64,000 bases of DNA from contig NC_043009.1 of the NCBI RefSeq assembly GCF_006345805.1, positions 10,106,001-10,170,000 of the forward strand. Direction: 5' to 3'. Source of the stretch: Octopus sinensis. Its lineage: Eukaryota. Below the pieces are notes generated by a model that worked only from the letters and a program-made list of their open reading frames with translations, was not told where the DNA came from and ran no database searches. Made by a program: the position numbers and the translations under genes. Below, piece by piece: positions 1-13,084 of this stretch. The stretch's first letter is position 1. Each line of letters starts with the position of its first letter.

Positions 1-13
1 AACGACGACTGTT

Positions 14-315
14 TTAACTTTAGCACAAGACTAGATATTTTTAGGAGGATATTAGCTGATTAAATCGACTCCATTATTTGATTGATACCTTCTTTTATCG
101 TCCTCGAAAGGATGAAAAGCAAAGTTGAGCTCGACAGAAATTGAACTTGGTGGTCAACCTTATCGAAAGTTTTTAATTGACCTGAGTTGATCATCTAGTT
201 TTATCTTCTGAATTCAAATTCTTTTGGGGCCGATGAAATAAGTACCCGCTGAGCTCTGGTATCGGTGTACTCAACTAGCCCCCTTTCTCAAAATTTCAGG
301 TCTTGTACCTATAGC
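14..315. mobile_element. Decayed fragments of tRNA-derived SINE family A (two pieces, opposite orientation)
   Basis: Degenerate matches to the family-A core seen intact elsewhere in the window (GAAAGGATGAAAGGCAAAG; GGGGTCGATAAA..AAGTACC). Confidence 0.6.
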
Positions 316-706
316 AGTTTAGTTCACTCCTAGATCACAGGATAACAGTGGATGTCTGTAGACAGGTAGTGCGGTTATTATTATTATGGTCAGGTTACAA
401 CCCTGGGCCGCAACAACAAAGTCTACCCGCCACACAGTTCCTCATCACTGCCTCGAGGTCCAGGAAATATTCTAGGCTAGTTTCTGCAATCAAATTGTCG
501 ATGTAAGCGTGACGACGTGTCCAGATAGTCGCAGTCGTCTTTGCCCTATCTTGCTGACTTTCGGCAGATATCCATAAAAAGCATTTATCATATGTTGCTG
601 CTATTTCACAATCTGGGCAGTGTGCTGCTATGACTTGTAGCCTGAAGTAATTCAAATTTTACCAGATAACAGATTTACTCGATGAAACACACGAGCATAA
701 AACAAT

Positions 707-1486
707 AGAAGAAAGCCGATGTTGACTTGTTGAAAGCAGTGTGCAGAAAGAAAGTTAGTAGCCCTTCGGTCAGCGGCCAGAGAGAGGAGGAGGAGTGAGA
801 GAGAGAGGAAAAGAAACCAGAAAGGGTGAAAAATAAGAAGGAGAGAGATAGGTAGAGAGGAAGACAGACAGGCAGGGAGGAAAGGTCAAGTAAAGAGTTA
901 AGAGTGCGCGTCATAATTATTGAAATAAAAACTTACTTGGAGAAGAAGAAAACGACGCGTGGCGCTCAATCACATAATAACAATTTAATAAATAAAACAT
1001 ATGCATACATACATACATATATGTACATACCTACGTCTATATGTATATATACATGCATATATGAGTACAGGACTGCTTTCAACAAGTCAACATCAGCTTT
1101 CTTCTGTCTTCCGCAAGCCGATCTTCAGAATGCGTTCTAACGAATTTTTCCACCGTCTAAGCTTAAAAAAGCCCTTATTGTTGGTTTCCTTGTCCTGTTT
1201 TTATTCTTTATTTGTACTGTTTTCTGCTCTTACCTTCGAAACACGCATTGAGTCGAAACAGGGGCAGCTGATGAAGGGGAATATTCCTTGTATTGTTTGT
1301 CTTGTACTCTGTTTTTTCGTTGTTAAAAAAAGTCCGTTTCTTTGTTTGATTTTATGTTTTCGTTTCTCGTTATGTTCTACGTTTATTTGTGGTGTCCTGT
1401 ACTCATATATGCATGTATATATATACATATAGATGTAGGTATGTACATATATGTATGTATGCATATGTTTTATTTATTAAATTGTT

Positions 1487-1488
<2 letters not shown>
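707..1488. mobile_element. Penelope-like pseudo-LTR complex with inverted segments
   Basis: Two interleaved inverted repeats, 707-740/1072-1105 and 977-1073/1394-1488; the outer arm resembles the foldback at 13907-14249. PLE assignment is inference. Confidence 0.6.
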
Positions 1489-1557
<69 letters not shown>

Positions 1558-1880
1558 CGGAGTTGTTTTGACTCTTAGTTCTAGCAATGCTGGTGCTGAT
1601 CAGTGCTTTTCTTCAATTTAGTGAAGTATACATTTCTGCCTTTAGGTTGTAAAATTGCGAATTAACCACCCATATTATATATATACATATACATAAATGC
1701 ACGTGCGCAGGTGCGTATATACACACTCATACACACACAAAGCACAGGCGCACACACACACACACACACACAAGCATATAAAAGAATATGCACATATTTG
1801 AAGCTTCATTTGGGTGGAGCTTTTAAAATTCACATATGTATGTGGAAATATTGAATCCTCATAATGGTGTCAAGTAATAG

Positions 1881-2035
<155 letters not shown>

Positions 2036-2169
2036 TCGAACTACCTCTTTCTCTCTGTCTTTTCTCTCTCTCTTTCTCTCATATCGTACCTTGCTCCATT
2101 ATTATTCATATTGAATCAATTTACAGATGTGATTTAAAAAATGACTCCACCCAAATTAATTATTCAATA

Positions 2170-2388
2170 CAATAATCCCTCGACTATCACGGGTGTGACC
2201 TTTACAGCCCCGACCCCGTGATAGCTGAAAACCCGCGAAGAAGAAACAGTACTTTATATTTTTTTATTATTTTTATAATTTGTATATATTTATTTTATTA
2301 TAAATGCAAAATAGCATCACGGAGGAATCGACGTAAGCTTAAATAATAAACCGCGATAGGCGAACCGCGATATGGCGAGGGATTACTT
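2170..2388. mobile_element. Tc1/mariner-pogo (Tigger-like) MITE
   Basis: TIRs CAATAATCCCTCG.../...CGAGGGATTACT in a TA context; second copy at 3952. Confidence 0.8.
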
Positions 2389-2506
2389 ATATGTATAATC
2401 TTCTTTATACTTGTATGCTATGTGTGTGTATGTGTTTGTTTGTGTGTGTGTGACATATCTGTGTGTATATGTGAATTTGTGAACATACATGTGTGTGCAT
2501 ATGCCT

Positions 2507-2573
<67 letters not shown>

Positions 2574-2753
2574 CATACACATATATATATTTACACAAGC
2601 ACACGGCCAACACACGTCATTATCAACATATAACTATACACATTTTAACTCACAAATAAACACACAAACGTACATATCTGAGTGCTACACAAACGCTCAC
2701 ATGTATCAGTACCGCCACACACCTACAGACATACACACATACATATATAGTAT

Positions 2754-2828
<75 letters not shown>

Positions 2829-2900
2829 CACATGTAGATCCATCCCACTATCTTTCTTTTTTCTTTGTCAGTATATAATTATACATACATACATATATGA

Positions 2901-2963
2901 TCAAAGCCTTATGAGTGGATTTGGTAGATGGAAACTGAAAGAAGCCCATCATATATGTATATA

Positions 2964-3019
<56 letters not shown>

Positions 3020-3272
3020 ATATTATATATGTATGTGAGTGTGTATTTGTATTTGTATTTGTGTGTGTGTATTTGTATCTGTGTTTGTCCCCCACCACCG
3101 CTTGGCAACCGGTGTTGGTGAGTTTACGTCCCCGCAACTTAGCGGTTCGGCAAAACAGACCGATAGAATAAGTACTAGGCTCACAAAGGATAAGCTCTGG
3201 GGTCAATTTGTTCGACTAAAGGCGGTGCTCCAGCATGGCCGCCGTCAAATAACTGAAACAAGAGAATAAAAG
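2901..3272 (+). mobile_element. SINE family B, 5'-truncated, with internal (TA)n/(TG)n
   Basis: Shares GTGGATTTGGTAGA.GGAAACTGAAAGAAGCCC and the GGTGCTCCAGCATGGCC tail with the other copies. Confidence 0.85.
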
Positions 3273-3366
3273 TAAAATGAATATATATAGACATACATAC
3301 ATACATACATATATACCTATATACATACATATACATATGTATACTTATGTATACGTATATATATAT

Positions 3367-3398
<32 letters not shown>

Positions 3399-3951
3399 CA
3401 GATATAAATTTATACACGTATAAATATGTATATATATATATATACACACACACAAATAAATATGTGTGTGTATACATGCACACGTACATGTAGAAATACA
3501 CACACACACACACACACACACATACACACATATATAAGTATAATCCTACATATTTGTGCGGATCAATATAATCGGTGCCGATTTATACATTGATATTGCG
3601 CGTTAAAGTTTTTAAGTTATACAATACTTTTAAAGCGGTCTTTTCATGTATGATTTATCGTCTCATTGATTTACTTATGGCAATCAAATTCCCTCCCACC
3701 CCCAACGCAAGAGAAGCCATGTTTACGGACAGATTTTTCAACATTTTTCAATGGCTACCATTTAGCATAGCAGACAATGTTTCGTTTCAAAAAAAAAAAA
3801 ATAAACGCTAATGTTTTATTTTTCTCTGTTTATTGTATATTAAATTAATGGCGTATGACGTGGTGAAGATAGCGATAAAGAAGTGTGGTTCTTCAGGTGA
3901 GTTGTGTCTGCAAAATCAGTTTCGTTTCCTGGTTGAAGTACTTTTCATATA

Positions 3952-4199
3952 CAGTAACCCCGCGGCTATCGCGGGTTTTACGTTCCAAAAACCACCGCGA
4001 AGGGTGACAATCCGCGATGTAGAAACAGTACTGTACTGTATATATGTTTTAATTTTTATAATTTGTATATATTTATTTTATTATAAATGCAAAACAACAC
4101 CACAGAGGAATTGATGTAAGCTTAAATAATAAACTGCGATAAGTGAACCGTGATAAATGAACCGTGATAAGTGAACTGCGATATGGCGTGAGGTTACTG
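3952..4199. mobile_element. Tigger-like MITE, second copy
   Basis: TA|CAGTAACCCCGCG.../...GAGGTTACTG|TG; internal AT-rich block matches 2170-2388; about four 14-bp subterminal repeats. Confidence 0.8.
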
Positions 4200-4316
4200 T
4201 GCTGGTGCTTTACTCATCATCTATTTATACATTTCCATTATATATATATATATTATACACATACACTCACATATATATATTATATACATACGATATATAC
4301 ATACATACATATATAT

Positions 4317-4357
<41 letters not shown>

Positions 4358-4761
4358 CAAGTAATATTACTCTCCAGCAAGACTAAAGTACCATAAAAAG
4401 TAGAATTATAAATATGCAAAGCGGATATACACGAAGTACGATCATTGCTAGAAATAGCAACCGGTAAGCTATTGGCGATATGTAGAACTTCATTGAATGT
4501 TTACAAGCAGAGATATTTGCGGGTGGTCAATATGGGAAAATTCTGTCTTCCCTCTACGGAGACCGGTAGAGGAATGAAGGATAATTCAGTACTGCAGTTT
4601 CAAACTTTTCGGATCACGTGGGTGAGGGCGAATCCGATTGGTTATTTTCAGTTGAATCTATCATTGACGATCAAATTATAAAATATCCACTACATCTCTG
4701 CCAGTCAAAATCAGAACCAAGATCAGTGAATAAAGCATCATAAAAGATTGTTTATGGAAGA

Positions 4762-4988
4762 CCAGCAGTCGCCCATGCATACAAGCTTTCCCTCTCCACG
4801 CTACCTATGTTATTGAAGGGAAAGCCAAAGGCCGATACAGCTTGGCACCTGGGACGTCGCCAATCATTTCTACACCTGAATGAACTGGAGCAACAGGAAA
4901 TAAAGTGTCTTGCTCAAGAACACAACACACAGCCTGGTCTGAGAATCGAACTCACTACCTCATGATTGTGAACCCTACTTTCTAACCG
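4762..4988 (-). mobile_element. tRNA-derived SINE with family-C head and a different tail
   Basis: Minus strand has B-box-like GAGTTCGATTC and CTTGAGCAAGACACTTTATTTC..TTGCTCCAG, as in 50781-51102. Confidence 0.65.
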
Positions 4989-5559
4989 GTGTGTTAAATG
5001 TTACAAAAAAATTTCCTCTGCCTCAGAGATTCGTATCTAAATTGCCAAATGGATATTACTAAGAACAACTCCATCTGAAAAGGGGAGATGATCTCAAGAT
5101 TCAAGAATTAGTCAAAAACGATACGCGTGGACATGTATTTCTTGTTCAATTGCCTTCATCAGCGGAACACTTGTCCGACCTTATCTCAAGCTGCCAAAGG
5201 ACTTCAACGGATACAATACAGAGAAAGAAACAGTTATGGCTTAGTTAATTTGCACAATTTGATTTAAGAGGAATAACTCAAAATAGACATTGGTGTGTAT
5301 TCGAATAACATTGTCAAATTCCAGTATTAAAAAATATTACTACAAAAAATTGTTGATATATTAAAATTATCTTCACCTCTAGATGATGTATCATACATAA
5401 TTGTCAAATGGAAATTATGACCAGCTACATCTGAGAAGAGTCAAGAGCCTTCCAAAACTGACTTGACATTAACGAAGTATATAGGATTATTGTCTGGAGT
5501 AGGCAATAACTATTTTCTACTCAGTTTTGTTATAAGTCTAAGTTCTTATTTCTTTATTT

Positions 5560-5972
5560 CTTTATTGCCCACAAGGGGCTAAACACAGAAGAGACAAATA
5601 AGGACAGACAAACGAATTAAGACGATTACATCAAGCACAGTGCGTAACTGGTACTTAATTTATCGACCCCGAAAGGATGAAAGGCAAAGTCGACCTTGGA
5701 AGAATTTGAACTCAGAACATAACAGCAGATGGAATACCCATTTCTTTACTACCCACAAGGGGCTAAACACAGAGAGGACAAACAAGGATAGACAAACGTA
5801 TTAAGTCGATTACATCGGCCTCAGTGCGTAACTGGTACTTAATTTATCGACCCCGAAAGGATGAAAGGCAAAGTCGACCTCGGCGGAATTTGAACTCAGA
5901 ACGTAATGGCAGGCGAAATACCGCTGATCATTTCACCCGGCGTGCTAAGGATTCTGCCAGCTCGCAACCTTA
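5560..5972 (-). mobile_element. SINE family A, tandem (dimeric) form
   Basis: Head at ~5970; core repeated after the tail junction AAAGAAAT.GGTATT at ~5735. Confidence 0.85.
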
Positions 5973-6562
5973 ATTTCTTTTACTGCAGGAGATAAGGTCG
6001 GACAGTTGATGAAGGCTACTGATGAAGGCTACTGAGCCAGGATCTCGTGTCAACTACTCTCCTCTCATCTTCCAGCAATATGACTGTCCTTTTGAGGGAG
6101 ATCTGATTGTAGGCTGAATTTCACTGCCATTGCATAAGACACAACAATTTCCGATTGGTTTCTTCCAGGTTGAATATTCCGAAATTATCGGTCGTCGTCG
6201 TCGTCGTGATCATCGGATCATCATCTGAATCATAAACATCCATAAACATCAACAAGTCAAACCATCATTAATTATTACGATTATTTAATGTCTTAATTTC
6301 TATTCTTATCTTCGTCTGTATTAAAAAAAAAACAATGAAGAAAGAAAGAAGAAAAAGAAAGAAATCACCACCATCGCCCCCATTACTATCACCACTGTCG
6401 TTATTGCCACCGCCGCCGCCAAAACTAGGAATAACAGTACCATCACCACTAACACCACCATCATCTGACCACAACCACACCACCACCAGTAGCAGCAGTA
6501 GCAGCACCACCACCTTCACAACCACCACCACTACCACATTCATATCGCCACCAGCATCATCA

Positions 6563-6565
6563 CCG

Positions 6566-6604
<39 letters not shown>

Positions 6605-6793
6605 TACTACTGCTACTACTACTACTACTACTACTAACTACTACTCTACTACTACTACTACTACTATACTACTACACTACTACTACTACAACAACTACTA
6701 CTGCTACTACTACTACTACTACTACAACGACAACAACAACAGCTACTACTACTACTACTATAACAACTACTACAACAACAACAACAACTACTG

Positions 6794-6827
<34 letters not shown>

Positions 6828-6851
6828 AACAACAACAACACTACAACTACT

Positions 6852-6885
<34 letters not shown>

Positions 6886-6886
6886 A

Positions 6887-6946
<60 letters not shown>
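6563..6946. repeat. Interrupted (CTA)n/(CAA)n microsatellite
   Basis: Directly visible. Confidence 0.95.
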
Positions 6947-6948
<2 letters not shown>

Positions 6949-7657
6949 CACCATCGCCACATCCACCATTTTTAGCGAAAGCAACAAATGCATGATAAGT
7001 TTTAAATTGTCCAAAATTTGTTGAAATTAAAATGTCATTAGAATATTCTAGAAGAATCTTTTCCATCTTGTCTCTCTTCTCTCTCTCTCTCTCTTTCTCC
7101 TTCCCACCACGCCCTTTCTCTCTTCCACAGCTCACTTTCTATCTCTCTTTCCTTCTTTCCCTCTGTCTGTCTGTCTCTCTCTCTGTCTCTCTCTCTCTCT
7201 CCACACACACACGCACCATTAGTTCCGTTAGAAGTTCACCCTATCTTCACTAGATGTCGTCACTTGCAAGCAGCCAGCCGAAGAAATAGACAAAAGAAAA
7301 ACAAAAAACAACAAAAATAAACAAAACAAAAACAAAAACAAAAGAAGCGATAAACAAATTTCTGTGAGTATGTGCAGAGATGAATGTGAGTGAGTGCGTC
7401 TGAATGTGTATGTATTTTTTTGTACGTATGTATATGCGTGTGTGTGTGTGTGTGTGTGTGCATGTCTATATTTATACATATGCGCGCGCTCACACGCATG
7501 TGTATATATTTATTCATGCATGTGCGTGCGTGTGCGTATATGAGTCTATGCGCGCACACACATATATGTATATATACGTGCGTGTAAGTGTATGTGTTTG
7601 TATATACAGTTGTATATATGCATATATAGTTAGATAGAGAGATAGATAGTTAGATAA

Positions 7658-7734
<77 letters not shown>

Positions 7735-8436
7735 GTGATAGATAGATAGAGAGAGAGAGAGATAGAGAGAGAGAGTGAGAGCGAGAGAAGGCAGAGAGAG
7801 GGGGAGAGAGAAGAGCGAGAAAAAGACAAAAGTGAGAAAAGACAAAACAATATATTTTCTTCAAAATTCATTAATCATATTTTTTCTGACTGCCACTGGC
7901 AAAAATTGGGAAGCTTTTGTTGATTTAAGAACAAAAAAAAAAAGAAATGAAAAGAAAAGAAAGAAAATTAAAGTTGAACGAGTGAATCGACACCATCAAT
8001 TGTTCATACACAGAACGTATGAAGAAATGGCTAAGTTCTACAGACACAAGATTCTATAATGAGACTGTGTAGAGAATGGTGACGTATGGCGCGGTGAAGG
8101 TACGTGTGTTTGTTGCGAGCGCGACGGTTTGAGCGGAAGAGTAATGTGAGGTTATGTGGGTGCAAAATGTAGAATCGAGTGTTGCTTTGGGTTATATTTC
8201 CGCTTGAGAAAGGTTAACAGTACCTCCAGCTCCTTACATCAACACAGCGTTGAAGTAAAGTCAGTTAAGACTCTCACACTTCGAATTACTAAATCTTAGG
8301 CAATCGTATTTATATGTAGATAATATGATATTTTCTATACATTAGGCATTAATTATATTTCCCCTAGTTATGTATGTTTGTAAGCAGTATGTTTATGCAT
8401 GAACTTACCTGTATATATATGTGGGTATATATATAC

Positions 8437-8480
<44 letters not shown>

Positions 8481-8618
8481 GTATATATATACACACATAT
8501 ATATAAATATATATGTATGTGTACATAAATACATATACTACACATAACATACGTGCATACAGCCATGCATACAAACACACACACAAACAACAATATGAGA
8601 GTAAGAAGACTCTTTATT

Positions 8619-8725
8619 ATACGCTACGCTCGTTTCGACCCATCGTGCATCGGTGCCTCGTGGGTGAAATGGTGTACAAACAGTTGTGGTGCATCCTAGG
8701 TGCAGATATGTCTCCTCAGGTGACT
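8619..8725 (-). ncRNA. Degenerate type I hammerhead-like motif
   Basis: CTGAGGA-GAC...(long stem II)...GTC-GAAA-CGAGCG-TA; stem I does not pair. Confidence 0.3.
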
Positions 8726-8833
8726 TGTCAAAACGCACCTACAACTATTACTGATATATACAAACACGTATATATATGTATGTATATATATATACATATA
8801 TAAATATACACATACATACACACATATATACAT

Positions 8834-8864
<31 letters not shown>

Positions 8865-9215
8865 TATATCTATCTATCTATCTCTATATATATACAAACA
8901 TATTTAAATGGAAATCAATAAATAACTTCATGTAACTGGTCACAGATTGCATATCCGTAACTTTTTGCATATACCACTATTATGCTTACGTAACTTTTGG
9001 CTTCCTGAAACAGCTGTCGAGTTAAGACATTGAAAAATTTCTTTATAAATATTTTCTTTTTCTTTATTTTATTTGTATTGTGTTCTGTTTATATTTATAT
9101 ACATATATACAGACACACACATACACACACATACACACACATATGTATATATATATATATATGAAAAAACAAGTCAAAAATAGAAAATGCTAAAATAATT
9201 TTATAGTGAATCTTT

Positions 9216-9253
9216 CAGTACCGGTTTCGGTCATTTTGAGACCTTTTCAACTG
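9216..9253 (-). ncRNA. Minimal type I hammerhead ribozyme, U3-A8 core variant
   Basis: CAG-TTGAAAA-GGTC-tcaaaat-GACC-GAAA-CCGG-TA-CTG: stems I and II pair, stem III is palindromic (ACCGGT), GUA cleavage triplet. Confidence 0.7.
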
Positions 9254-9805
9254 TAACGATTAAATAATTAAATTTAGAAAAATTAGAAGAAAAGTTTTTT
9301 TAAAAGAATATTTCTATAGTAGTGTTCAGATTTAAGTGGCATTCTGCCTTTCTCTGACTCCCTTGTTTGCACTTGTGTGTCGGAGGTCGTTGTGAGTTCT
9401 TGGTAGGGTAGTAGAGGAAGAAGGCTGGTGAGGAAGGGGAGTAGGAGAATCTGGGAGTGCCCTGATGGTCGTATTTTGAATGGTCAGTGGCGGCTGGCAG
9501 TCTCAGTTCAATTCAGGAGAATATTTATATTGACAGGCTTGTTTATAGAATTAGCGTAGGTGTTATACTAAAAAACATTAGTGACAAAGTTAAGGGGTAG
9601 GGGGTGGAGAAGTAGAAGAAGAAGAAGAAGAAGAAGGAGAAGGAGAAGATGACGATGATGGTGATGGTGGTGATGATTATGACGACGATGATGATGATAA
9701 TGATGATGATGATGAAGAAGAAGAAGAAGGAGGAGAAGGAGAAGATGGTGGTGATGATGGTGGTGATGATGATGACGACGATGATGATGATAATGATGAT
9801 GATGG

Positions 9806-9838
<33 letters not shown>

Positions 9839-9968
9839 AAAAACAGAGAAGGGAGAATATGATTGGGTGTAAGTATAGCTATGATGGGGCTGATTAGTAA
9901 TGGATTCTATGGAGTGTAATATTTGTGTGTGTATATATATTTTTCTTTTATTCTAAAGTTGAGGTATA

Positions 9969-11532
9969 TTAATTGTTTGTCGTAGACCCGTTAAGAAGTG
10001 GCTTGTATTTTGTAATAAAGAGATTTTCTTTACTTATTCGTTGTCTCGAGGTTGTATCGTCCCTAAATTGGTAGAGGGGGAAATTCTGAAGTTTGGTGTT
10101 TTTTTGTTGGCGCAAGTATCTATGTGTTGGCTAAAAGCTATTTTTCTGTTTTGGGGAATTTTTATCTGGGATCTGTGCAGGGCCATTCGTTTACGCAAAC
10201 CATTTTTTGTTTGGCCTATGTACTGCTCTTGACACCCGGAGCAGGTTAGTGAGTATATTAGGTTCTCCGAAGCATATGTGAAGTTGCTTTTCACTGTAAA
10301 CCGTTGTCCCTGTTTGAAGGAGAACTCTGATCCCTCAATTAGATAGTCGCATATCCCGCAATTGGGTCTTCCACATTTTTTTACTGTCGGCTTCTGTGTT
10401 GAAGAGTGAATTCGGGCTTGTGTAAGGAGACTTTTCATGGATCTAGGCTGTCTTTTGCTTTTTATGATCGTGTGTGTTTGGAGGATTGTGTTCATTCTGT
10501 GGTCTTTTTTTAGGAGGGGTATGTTGTGGAGGATGGTGTCGAAGGCTTCGTTATTGAGAGGGTTGTGTGTGGAGATGTATGGTAAGGCTTTTGGTTGTAA
10601 GTTTTTCTTTGATTTGGGATGTCTCAGTTCCTTGATGTTAAGTTGAAGGGCACGTTGAATGCACTTGTCAATAAGTGAAGGTGGATAGTTCCTGGTGATT
10701 AGGGTATCTTTTAGTTCTTGTAGTCGTGTGTCTCTGGTGTTTGCGTTAGAGACTATAGTGCATATCCTTTTTGCTAGATTGAAGGGGATATTCATCCTGG
10801 TGTGTCTGGGTGGCATGAATTGAATGGAAGATATTGCTTAGAGTCTGTAGGCTTATGGTATATGTCTGTTTCTATTATATTATTAGCTTTCTTAATGAGG
10901 ATATCGAGGAAGGGGAGTTGTTGTTGGCTATATTCCATCGTGAATTGGATGTTTACGTCCAGTCCGTTTAAAATTTTCTGGAATTCTATGAGTTTTTCTA
11001 TATTTTTATGCCAAAGGATGAAACAGTCATCTAGATATCTCTTCCAGTTGTTTTCTATGTAGATGGAGAAAGGGCTGCCATATCTTTCTAGAACCTTACG
11101 ATACAGACTGATCTCTAGGTATCCTATGACTAGGTTGGCAAAGGAGGGGGCCATTCGTGTACCCATCGCAGTCCCCGATTTTTGTCGGTAGAAGTTGTCA
11201 TTGAAGGCGAAGAAGTTATTTTCCAGGATGAATTTAACCCCTTCTATCACAAATTCTTTTTTGATGCGGTGTGGTAGTTCGTTGGCGTGATTCTCTAGCC
11301 AGAATTGGATTGCCTCTAGTCCTAGGATGTGGGGGATATTGGAGTAGAGGTTGACTACATCGAAGGATATCAGTATGGTGTTTTTGTTTATAGTATTCGG
11401 TAGGTGATTGAGCATATCTAAGTCGTCCCTTATATAGCTTTTGACATGTTTGAGGAGTGGTTTTAACAGGGTGTCTAAAAAGTTACTGAGGCGGTGGATT
11501 TCGCATGCGGGACCTGCTATTATGGGTCTCAA
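9969..11532 (-). pseudogene. PLE reverse transcriptase-GIY-YIG endonuclease ORF, two apparent 1-bp frameshifts
   Basis: GTAMGTRMAPSFANL, WKRYLDDCF, PYISTHNP, CGRPNCGIC, NLIYSLTCSGCQEQYIGQT; frame shifts at ~10810 and ~10075, and the C-terminus ..KENLFITKYKPLLN continues to a stop at 9969. Confidence 0.92.
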
Positions 11533-11544
11533 TTATATATTATT

Positions 11545-12600
11545 CTAGTTTCAGCTCACCATTTGGTGTTGCTACATTATTTTATTTCACGAATGCTTTT
11601 TAGCAATTGACATTTGGGGCATGAGAGAGTTTGATGCAGCTGACCTAATCTGGACCTCCTGCCGCGAAGTTGGTTCATCTGGGACACCTGACAGAAAGAG
11701 GTCCAGCCTTATTTTGAAGACACCTACATCCACCCCATACAGGTCTCTCAGGTCCTTCAGGAGGATATTGAAGAGCTGTGGTCCTCTGTAGCCCAGGCTA
11801 TTGCAGTATCTTGTCCTACATCTTGATGCAAATTTGGAGTCCTTGGCACTATGCAGTGGCGCCCACTTCTAGTATTTGTGTAACTCTCGATGCCAAAGTT
11901 TGGGACAAGTCCTTCCAGGATCTTCCAGATGTATATTATAGAGTCTTAATCTCTTGAGTCTTTCCCAATAGCTTATATGCTGCACATAGGCTATCTTCTT
12001 CGTGTAGCTTCGTTGGATCGCCTCCAGTTCTGAGATTAATTTGACACTGGTTGGTGATCATAGCTGAGAGCAATAGTCAAAGTGGCTTAGGACAAGTGTC
12101 CTCCAGAGGACCATCATGTTTTCCTGATCTCTTGTTCTAAAAGTTCTGTCCGGTCAGCCGCCTACATTTCATTGCCAATTTAGCAACATGCACATGAAAG
12201 GTTGCATCATTATTCATGTAAATGCCCAGGTCTCGCACTGATTGTGCCTCTGGGATTGCAATCCCTCCAGGTCCAGTGTATTTATTGGGTATTGCATTTA
12301 GTTTTGCATGCTGATAGCACAAAGCTTGAAACTTTTCAGCATTGAACTGCATGCTATTCTTTTCAACCCACTTGTATATTTCTTCCAGCTCACATTGCAG
12401 GTGCATAGTGGCTTCAGGGTTCTGTATTACCTGTGAAACTTTTGTATCATCTGCATAACTTGTGATTGTGGCTCTCTGTGTGGCGGAGGGCATGTCTGAG
12501 AGGGCCATTATGAAATGCAGTGGTCCCAAAACAGTGCCTTGCGGGACACCGCTCACTATTTGCGTGTCATTGGAGGTGGCCCCATTGGCTACTACCACCT
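11545..12600 (-). mobile_element. CR1-clade LINE 3' fragment (RT)
   Basis: SGVPQGTVLGP..F and SYADDTK in ORF 12137-12598; degraded continuation toward 11545. Confidence 0.85.
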
Positions 12601-12622
12601 GACTTCTATCCTTCAGAAAGTC

Positions 12623-12703
<81 letters not shown>

Positions 12704-12824
12704 TGTATATATATATGTATGAGTGTGTGTCTATATATATATATTCTTTTATTCTTTTACTTGTTTTAGTCAAATGACTGCGGGTTAAGCACAATATATA
12801 CTTTATAATATATACCAATATTTA

Positions 12825-12979
12825 CATGCGATGGAAACATCTCACTATGTTTTTAACATCCCTGGTGTTTTAACACGCAATCCTCTGGCTATGCGCACAT
12901 GGCATGTGGGCAAAGCTTAAGGATTGCGTGAAAACATCAGACGTGTTGAAAATTCTGTCTCCGATGTTTTCATCGCATG
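12825..12979. repeat. Imperfect 155-nt foldback hairpin
   Basis: Three paired segments of 17, 22 and 11 bp, read by eye. Confidence 0.85.
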
Positions 12980-13084
12980 AAACTATTAGAAGCTCATAAA
13001 AATATACATTGTGTTTAATACATAATATCTATCTCTCACTAGATTTTTTGTTGATCATGCCATCACGGAGCATCATATATATAT

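Larger units (their letters stand above)
9165..11535 (-). mobile_element. Penelope-like element (Neptune-type), 5'-truncated, with 3' pseudo-LTR
   Basis: RT + linker + GIY-YIG ORF followed by a 3' non-coding region ending in a hammerhead motif; a GAT/GAA microsatellite lies at ~9615-9840. Confidence 0.9.

Noticed and set aside
395-655. 86-aa ORF as a gene or LINE endonuclease fragment
   Set aside because: No recognisable motif; starts with a non-ATG codon; no supporting splice structure.
1255-1295. CTGATGA-AGGGG..CCTT (and CTGAAGA at ~14026) as hammerheads
   Set aside because: A stem II-like hairpin is present, but GAAA does not follow it and the upstream GAAAC is too close for stems III and I.
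6005-6045. CTGATGAAGGC..GCC hammerhead-like start
   Set aside because: No GAAA or stem III; it sits in a 13-bp tandem duplication.
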